From: Candidatus Omnitrophota bacterium | GTDB taxonomy: Bacteria; Omnitrophota; Gorgyraeia; Zapsychrales; Zapsychraceae | NCBI GenBank assembly: GCA_023247445.1 | Contig: JAHFGL010000002.1 | Coordinates: 553-64,552, forward strand | Length of the DNA stretch: 64,000 nt | Direction of reading: 5' to 3' | Shown here: piece by piece, positions 1-5,630 of the stretch | Numbering within the stretch: position 1 is the stretch's first letter | Layout: each line of letters opens with the position of its first letter | The notes under the pieces: generated by a model | What the model was told of the DNA's origin: nothing | Seen by the model: only the letters and a program-made list of their open reading frames with translations | The model's database searches: none | Made by a program: the position numbers and the translations under genes

Positions 1-577
1 GATCCTCGCCTTTATTGGCCTACATTATTCTTCCAGTTTGAATGTAGAGGAATTGGGGCCCTATTTTCAATTAGCGATAGGAATTGTCATCATTGGATTA
101 GCCTGTTGGATGCTTTTTCGGACTCGGCAGGCGCAGAAAGAAATTCATCATCAACATGATCATGTTCATGATCATGAATTGGAAGGCGTCGAGTTCGGAG
201 ATGCCCATGCGCGCGCGCACGCTGCAGAAATGCAGAAGCAATTGATTAATCAACAGATCACAACCTGGCAGATTATTTTGTTTGGCTTAACCGGCGGGTT
301 ACTGCCATGTCCTTCGGCCTTTGCGGTTTTATTGGTTTGTTTACAGCTGAAGAAAGTTTCCTTGGGTTTTGCATTGGTACTCGGTTTTAGTATTGGTTTA
401 GCCATTACATTGGTCACCATTGGAACGATTGCCGCCATTTCTGTGAAGCACGCAAGTAAAAGATTTAAGGAATTTGGAGAATTTGCCCGTAAAGTTCCTT
501 ACGCGAGTTCGATTGTGTTAATATTGATTGGTTTATTGGTTGTTATGCAAGGCTTGCGACATCTGATAGGGAAGTAG
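1..577 (+). CDS. rcnA: Ni/Co efflux transporter, RcnA/HoxN-like, 5'-partial (reading frame is open to the window edge)
   Basis: His-rich loop HHQHDHVHDHELEGVEFGDAHARAHAAE followed by TMs with the GLTGGLLPCP motif; aligns with the C-terminal half of E. coli RcnA from memory. The frame of ORF 38..577 stays open back to nt 2. Confidence 0.8.
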   Translation, partial: ILAFIGLHYSSSLNVEELGPYFQLAIGIVIIGLACWMLFRTRQAQKEIHHQHDHVHDHELEGVEFGDAHARAHAAEMQKQLINQQITTWQIILFGLTGGLLPCPSAFAVLLVCLQLKKVSLGFALVLGFSIGLAITLVTIGTIAAISVKHASKRFKEFGEFARKVPYASSIVLILIGLLVVMQGLRHLIGK

Positions 578-770
578 GATAGTTGGTTTAAAAGTGATCT
601 TTGCCGATTTGGTTACTGGCATAGCGATGGCCGTTAGTTGGGTTAATCTTGTCGGAAATTTTTTAAGATTACGAAGAATTAAATTATGACATTGCGATCG
701 AGAGAGTCTCTTAGAGTAATTTGAAAAAGTTTAATTTCAATTTTATGTATCCCACATCCCAAATTTAGTG

Positions 771-799
771 TTGACAATTGTCATGACAATTGATATATT
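771..799 (+). promoter_or_regulatory. sigma70-like promoter (TTGACA-17-TATATT) with an embedded perfect 18-bp palindrome CAATTGTCA|TGACAATTG, a likely operator
   Basis: The hexamers and the palindrome can be read directly; they lie 30 nt upstream of a small HTH gene with RBS AGGTGA. Confidence 0.5.
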
Positions 800-830
800 T
801 AGCGCCGTTGTGTACAGAAGGGTTAGGTGA

Positions 831-1004
831 ATGTCTCAAGATCTTATTGAACAGCTAGAAGAATTTCGGCTCCAAAATAGTTTGACGTACGCGCAACTGG
901 CCCATCAGCTAGAGATCCCGGAAACGTATCTGTACCGTTGGAGAAAGAAAAAAGGCGTCAGCGGCATTTACGCCAGATTCATCAAAATGTTTTTGGAAAG
1001 ATAG
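831..1004 (+). CDS. 57-aa helix-turn-helix DNA-binding protein (XRE/Cro-like), below the ORF-track size cutoff
   Basis: ATG at 831 preceded by AGGTGA. Translation is MSQDLIEQLEEFRLQNSLTYAQLAHQLEIPETYLYRWRKKKGVSGIYARFIKMFLER; TYAQLAHQLEIPETYLYRW is a typical HTH. Stop TAG at 1002-1004. Confidence 0.55.
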   Translation: MSQDLIEQLEEFRLQNSLTYAQLAHQLEIPETYLYRWRKKKGVSGIYARFIKMFLER

Positions 1005-1032
1005 TAAATTTTAATATATGAAGGAAGTTACC

Positions 1033-1212
1033 ATGAATCGCAAAGAGGTTATCTTAGAGAGAGTAAAAGAAGGACGCACCCACCGAAGCGTCCTTAAGAG
1101 CTCATGTTGTCTTCACAGCGACATCATTGAGATCTTACATCAACGACTCATGCGTTGGAAGGTCCCCATGGACATCGACGCATTGTATTCCCAAGTCGTT
1201 GATAAAAGATAA
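1033..1212 (+). CDS. hypothetical small protein (59 aa), possible partner of the upstream HTH gene
   Basis: ORF 1018..1212. The internal ATG at 1033 has RBS GAAGGAAG, whereas 1018 has none. No recognisable domain. Confidence 0.35.
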   Translation: MNRKEVILERVKEGRTHRSVLKSSCCLHSDIIEILHQRLMRWKVPMDIDALYSQVVDKR

Positions 1213-1357
1213 TCTGCTTTAATCTTCTGTTTTAATCCCAGTTAAAAATAGTCAACGATAAGAAGCAGAACCAATGCCAGGAAGAATCTTTGCTTTTGGG
1301 CAGGATTTTTTAATTTTAAATGTCTTGGCTTGTTATGTAAGGAAAGGAGGTGACGTT

Positions 1358-1417
1358 ATGACAGAAATTATGAACATTGTTAGTCTGGTTTCTCTGTTTG
1401 GATTTTTTACAGTGTAG
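1358..1417 (+). CDS. 19-aa hydrophobic micro-ORF (MTEIMNIVSLVSLFGFFTV), a candidate leader peptide or small membrane peptide
   Basis: Strong RBS GGAAAGGAGGTGA 8 nt upstream. The stop codon lies inside the 5' arm of a hairpin at 1411-1464. Confidence 0.3.
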   Translation: MTEIMNIVSLVSLFGFFTV

Positions 1418-1464
1418 GAAAGGATAAACCTTTCCTAACTGCTTAAAATTCCTTTCCTACACAG
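1411..1464 (+). promoter_or_regulatory. stem-loop with alternative pairings (TGTAGGAAAGG ... CCTTTCCTACA, plus an internal CCTTTCCT)
   Basis: An 11-bp perfect inverted repeat encloses a 27-nt loop. The loop contains a second copy of CCTTTCCT that could pair with AGGAAAGG locally instead. No U-tract follows. Confidence 0.4.
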
Positions 1465-1568
1465 CAAAGAAGATATGATGACCGAAGGGAGGAATTTTCT
1501 TGGAAATAAGAGAGCGCTGGAGAATTCCAGGAAGAAAGAAAAAAGTAGGTAAATAAAAAGAAAGTGAG

Positions 1569-1829
1569 GTGATTAAAATGAAAAGTTCCTTAGTGCCGCA
1601 AGAGAATCAAGTACAGAAAGACGGAGCCAACCAAATGGTTAAGGCCACTTCTTTACTGTATTTGAAAGAGGCCTTAATTAATGAGGCTTACGAAGAATGT
1701 GCGCAGCTGATTGCCGTCGCCAAAGATAATGGCGCCGATCAGAAAGAAATTTCTGAGGCAATTGACGCACACATTAAGACGGTTAAGGGACGCTATGGAA
1801 AACAAACTTATGGGTTTCGTAAGCCCTAA
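1569..1829 (+). CDS. hypothetical 86-aa alpha-helical protein
   Basis: ORF with RBS GTGAGGTGA and a strong terminator downstream. No recognised motif. Confidence 0.5.
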   Translation: MIKMKSSLVPQENQVQKDGANQMVKATSLLYLKEALINEAYEECAQLIAVAKDNGADQKEISEAIDAHIKTVKGRYGKQTYGFRKP

Positions 1830-1866
1830 AGGAGATTAACCTTATGTGTCTTTTAGCTTCACCGTA

Positions 1867-1903
1867 AAGAGGACAGGGATCCTTCAACCCTGTCCTCTTT
1901 TTG
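1867..1903 (+). terminator. rho-independent terminator
   Basis: AAGAGGACAGGG-loop-CCCTGTCCTCTTTTTG. Confidence 0.7.
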
Positions 1904-2133
1904 TTTCATTTATAGCAAAGGCAAGATTAAAGGAAGATTAATTTTAAGTTAGAAGTTTTAAGAGAGCTTCTTCGCAGGAATGGAAACCTACACTGGACGA
2001 AATGGGAAAAGATTGTTAGAATTCTGAAATTCTAAATTAATTAATACAAATAATATGGCCAAGGCCGCCAACTTATTATTTTTGGAAGTTGGCGAGCCTC
2101 GCCACACAAAATAATAAAAGGCGGGAGAAACAT

Positions 2134-2724
2134 ATGGTTAGAAAAATGATGTTTGGTGTATTATGTTTTCTGTTTGTTGTGGCAGCCCCAGTATTTGTTG
2201 GATCAGAAGAAGAGCAAGTTAACGAAAATCAACCGCAGGTAAAATCGGAGGAAAGTATGATCGTTGTTCTTGAAACTACGCAAGGCAATATCGAGATTAA
2301 ATTGTTTAATGACGTTGCTCCTAAAACGGTTGAAAATTTTACCGGACTTGTTAAAAAGGGTTATTACAACGGACTTATTTTTCATCGTGTTATCAAGGGC
2401 TTTATGATTCAAGGTGGCGACCCAACGGGAACCGGACGTGGTGGACAGAGCATCTGGGGAAAACCATTTGAAGATGAATTTAGTGCCAAAGTTAAATTTG
2501 ATCGTCCTGGAATTTTGGCGATGGCTAATTCTGGCCCAAACACCAATGGCAGCCAATTTTTTATTACAACAGTTCCAACATCGTGGTTGAATATGAAACA
2601 TACCATTTTCGGTGAAGTAGTTAGTGGTTATGATTTTGTGACCGCTCTTGAAAAGACAAACGTTGGCCCCGGCGACCGTCCTATTACTGATCAAAAAATT
2701 ATTAAAGCGTACATGAAAGAATAA
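2134..2724 (+). CDS. cyclophilin-type peptidyl-prolyl cis-trans isomerase with N-terminal signal peptide
   Basis: HRVIKGFMIQGGDPTGTGRGG, GPNTNGSQFFITT and HTIFGEV motifs. The start is taken at the internal ATG 2134 (RBS GGCGGGAGAAA), with a hydrophobic N-terminus. Confidence 0.9.
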   Translation: MVRKMMFGVLCFLFVVAAPVFVGSEEEQVNENQPQVKSEESMIVVLETTQGNIEIKLFNDVAPKTVENFTGLVKKGYYNGLIFHRVIKGFMIQGGDPTGTGRGGQSIWGKPFEDEFSAKVKFDRPGILAMANSGPNTNGSQFFITTVPTSWLNMKHTIFGEVVSGYDFVTALEKTNVGPGDRPITDQKIIKAYMKE

Positions 2725-3441
2725 ATGATTAACTTGATTGACGGTGGTATACAACATTCCAATCTCTTCTTACATATGCCTTTGTTTGATGAGGTTTGTT
2801 ATCAAGGCTTCTTAGAGGGGAAGGTCCGAAAGTATAAAGCCATCCGTGAAGATCAGCCTTGTCAGATTCTCGCCTTAAATGTAATTAGAAAAGATGAAGA
2901 TGTTATTTGGGATGGGTTAGAGGATTTGATCAAGCGCGCGGTCACGCAAGCAATCTCGCTTGTTCATGGCGTTTATGTTTTTGATGTGCTGACAATAGAC
3001 ATTCATAAAGAAATAAAAACCTTTAACATCAATGAACTATCAGAAGTGATTGTTAATCATTCGCGGAAGCTAACCCCAGGATCCACACGATTGGTTAAAT
3101 ATTCAACCCTTTATGGGTTGTTACAGAAGCTTGTACACGAAGACTGGGGGAAAATCGCCTTTAAAACTTCAGTCGAGGTTTTTAAGGATAAGCCGAGTTA
3201 TTTGGACCTATTAATTAAGCAACTTACGAAGAATTTTGAATTTGCGCATGATCCGGGAATTCTTCTTTTAAATGATCTTAGTCAAGAACCGATTTTTGAT
3301 CCCAACGATGCACTTCAGCAGGAACGTTTAAAGAAGATAATTGCGGCCCAAATACCAAATACGATCGAATTTCCACCAGAAGTTTATGTTCAGGATAGGA
3401 AGGGTGTGCGGGAACTGCTTTCAGGATCAGTGATTGCGTAA
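2725..3441 (+). CDS. hypothetical 238-aa protein, translationally coupled to the cyclophilin gene (TAAATG)
   Basis: Long ORF on the same strand, starting one nucleotide after the cyclophilin stop. No recognised domain. Confidence 0.5.
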   Translation: MINLIDGGIQHSNLFLHMPLFDEVCYQGFLEGKVRKYKAIREDQPCQILALNVIRKDEDVIWDGLEDLIKRAVTQAISLVHGVYVFDVLTIDIHKEIKTFNINELSEVIVNHSRKLTPGSTRLVKYSTLYGLLQKLVHEDWGKIAFKTSVEVFKDKPSYLDLLIKQLTKNFEFAHDPGILLLNDLSQEPIFDPNDALQQERLKKIIAAQIPNTIEFPPEVYVQDRKGVRELLSGSVIA

Positions 3442-3626
3442 AGAGGTTGAAATAAAAACAAAAAATATAGTTGACAGGAGAGATAAAATAGGGCATAGTT
3501 ATCACGAAGTAAATGAGGGAAAGAAAGCTTTAAGCCGCAACGGTAGCGAGTATATTTGCCTTGCGGTTTTTTTATTTCCCTTAAAAAATGTTTGCTTTAA
3601 TGTTAGGAAAAGGAGGAGTCAAGAAC

Positions 3627-3827
3627 ATGGTTAGAGGAAAAGTAAAGTGGTTCAATAATCAAAAAGGTTATGGTTTTATTACACCTGAATCTGGCAACGA
3701 TGTATTCGTTCATCACAGCGCAATTCAAGGGAATGGTTACAAATCTTTAGATGAAGGACAGGCTGTTGAGTTTGAAATTACAAACGGCCCTAAAGGTGAA
3801 CAAGCCCAAAATGTAGTAAAAATATAA
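3627..3827 (+). CDS. cspA: cold-shock protein (CspA family)
   Basis: [33 protein letters not shown] with the RNP1/RNP2 motifs; RBS AAGGAGG. A long 5'UTR follows a TTGACA box at ~3471. Confidence 0.95.
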   Translation: MVRGKVKWFNNQKGYGFITPESGNDVFVHHSAIQGNGYKSLDEGQAVEFEITNGPKGEQAQNVVKI

Positions 3828-3843
3828 TCACCAATTAGCGAAG

Positions 3844-3874
3844 AAGGCCCGAGAGTAATCTCGGGCCTTTTTTG
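3844..3874 (+). terminator. rho-independent terminator after cspA
   Basis: AAGGCCCGAGAGTAATCTCGGGCCTTTTTTG. Confidence 0.8.
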
Positions 3875-3951
3875 TAAAATAATTTTTGGACACGATACCC
3901 AATTCCTTAATTCCTAGTTTTGGAATCATGTATTGTGTCCCGATTTCCTTT

Positions 3952-4368
3952 TTAAATGATCAATTCAACACTCTTGAGCTCATTCTTGGCAGGCGCGTAT
4001 AACCGTTTGTCAGACGTGATAAAAACATCCGGTTTGGCCACACACGCGGCAGCCAATTGAATGGCGTCTAAACTTCTTAAGTTGTATCTCTCAATCAATT
4101 CCAACCCTTTTTCCTCAACAGCATCCGCCCAGATGACTTTCTCAAAAAAATTGAAATCCTTGGTTATTTCAGCCCTAAGAAAATTTAATTGCTCCCGGGT
4201 TAAAGTTCTCTCGTAAAGACGTCGATACAAGACAGAATTGATCTCCAGCCAGCAGATGGGGGAGACAATAATATTGGATGTTTGTTCGAGCAAGCGGAGG
4301 AATTTGTCTCTGCCTTCTTCCAATATATATTTTTTAGTCAGGGTTGAGGTGTCAACAAAGGATCGCAT
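3952..4368 (-). CDS. vapC: PIN-domain toxin (VapC-like)
   Basis: FVDTS near the N-terminus and SDKRL near the C-terminus; 138 aa; overlaps the upstream antitoxin gene. Confidence 0.8.
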   Translation of the reverse strand: MRSFVDTSTLTKKYILEEGRDKFLRLLEQTSNIIVSPICWLEINSVLYRRLYERTLTREQLNFLRAEITKDFNFFEKVIWADAVEEKGLELIERYNLRSLDAIQLAAACVAKPDVFITSDKRLYAPAKNELKSVELII

Positions 4369-4601
4369 CAGGCCCTGTTTTCCTCGCGCATGCGAACAAT
4401 CGTTTTCGATAACGCTTCGCCTTTAATCTTAATGGGTTCAATATTTCTTTTCCAGCCAGGCTGAGCGATATTTTCATTGTGAGGGATGAGATCAGCGATG
4501 GGTTTGTTGCGTTCCATGATCACGATGCGCTCGCCCACTTTTACTTTTTTTAGGTAGGACGAAAAGTTATGGGTCAATTCACGTATATTGATAGATACCA
4601 T
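4368..4601 (-). CDS. Phd/YefM-type antitoxin in the VapB position
   Basis: 77 aa, MVSINIRELTHNFSSYLKKVKVGERIVIMERNKPIADLIP. Its stop/start overlaps vapC, and a palindrome ATAACATTATGTTAT sits at its promoter (4628-4645). Confidence 0.75.
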   Translation of the reverse strand: MVSINIRELTHNFSSYLKKVKVGERIVIMERNKPIADLIPHNENIAQPGWKRNIEPIKIKGEALSKTIVRMREENRA

Positions 4602-4933
4602 AAGAGATGTCTCCTTTCTAGAAAAAGGATAACATTATGTTATGCATTTGTCAAACATATGTTAAATATATGTTAAAGCTTACAGCCGGCAGTTAACAGC
4701 CTGGTGGCTTAATGTGGAATTAAATTGAGCTCTTCCCGACTTCTTCAATTGATTCCGGGATTAATTCGGAGATAATCAAATAAATCATTGCGCCATCCCC
4801 AAAAGCAATAAAATCGCTGGATTTAAGGAACCGTTTCCTTTGAAATGTTTAATAATCATAATTATCGTCGATAAATGGACAAATTAAGAGACATGTGTGT
4901 TTTAAAAAATAAATATTTTTTGATGTGGAGGCC

Positions 4934-4962
4934 TTGACGCAGGCAATTTACATGTTATGGTT
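4934..4962 (+). promoter_or_regulatory. putative sigma70 promoter (TTGACG-17-TATGGT) driving a ~300-nt leader of gene 5276/5631
   Basis: Hexamers with 17-bp spacing are read directly. It is the only good promoter match in the 675-bp intergenic region. Confidence 0.4.
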
Positions 4963-4999
4963 TAAGCGCATGTATTTGCTCTTTAAAATTTAGGATTTC

Positions 5000-5230
5000 A
5001 CGAAAAGGTAAACCATTCTGCTACGTTCAAGCATTTTTATGTGTGAGCTTCGCAGAAATGCTCCTACGAAGCTCACAAACGAAAGTTTTGGAGCGAAGTA
5101 GAGCATTCGAAAGAATGGGGCACAAAGCTATAGGGCCCGAAAAGGCAGCCTAGCTACCGAAGAAATCAGGTGAACAAAATTCGGATGAACACACAAAGCC
5201 CATTCTTTAAAGAGTGGGTTTTTTTATTTG
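5000..5230 (+). promoter_or_regulatory. conserved 5'-leader element, copy A. It has a CGAAAAGGYAAACC box, a hairpin, the box GAGCGWAGTAG...GGGGCA.AAGCTA.AGG, and an AGCCTRGYTACCGAA box, followed by the terminator-like hairpin AAAGCCCATTCTTTAAAGAGTGGGTTTTTTT
   Basis: Homologous copies lie at 48754-48987 and, rearranged, at 33197-33440. Each is upstream of a giant secreted-protein gene, and each is followed by a U-tract hairpin and then the RBS. Confidence 0.6.
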
Positions 5231-5275
5231 AGCTTACCCCCCGTCAAAAAGGCGAGGGATAACTAAAAGGAAAGA

Positions 5276-5491
5276 ATGAACATTACAAATTTTTTACTTA
5301 ACAGATTCATTCAACGTTTGTTAATCGCAATTTTAATGACATGCTTTTTGGCTCCGGCCGCCCAAGCCCAGGCTACTGCTAATAATGATATTGATAAAGA
5401 CGGGGTCGTTAATATGGTAGATAATTGCCCCCTGGTCCATAACACATATCATAGAGAACACCAATTCAACCGCCTATGGCGATGCCTGTGA
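5276..5491 (+). CDS. signal peptide plus thrombospondin-type-3-like Ca-binding repeat (DKDGVVNMVDNCP); very likely the frameshifted 5' end of gene 5631-8489
   Basis: RBS AAAAGGAAAG. The TSP3 motif continues as ...YGDACEP in the frame of the downstream gene, which is open from 5421. Confidence 0.55.
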   Translation: MNITNFLLNRFIQRLLIAILMTCFLAPAAQAQATANNDIDKDGVVNMVDNCPLVHNTYHREHQFNRLWRCL

Positions 5492-5630
5492 GCCGCTTAA
5501 ACTGGTTGATATTCCTATAGGTGGTTTAGAAAATATCACATCGTTTCAAATATCTCCAGATTCCAGTAAAGTTGTCTATCGAAAAGGACGCGATACCGCA
5601 CAAAATTTATTTGTATCTAGTCTTGATCAA

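Noticed and set aside
2203-2757. 184-aa minus-strand ORF, plus ORF 2409-2606(-), overlapping the cyclophilin gene
   Set aside because: Both are fully antisense to a strongly supported conserved gene, have no RBS, and show low-complexity composition. They are shadow ORFs.
5276-5491. Independent 71-aa secreted peptide gene
   Set aside because: It ends inside a TSP3 repeat that continues in the frame of the downstream gene. A frameshifted N-terminus of the giant gene is the better fit.
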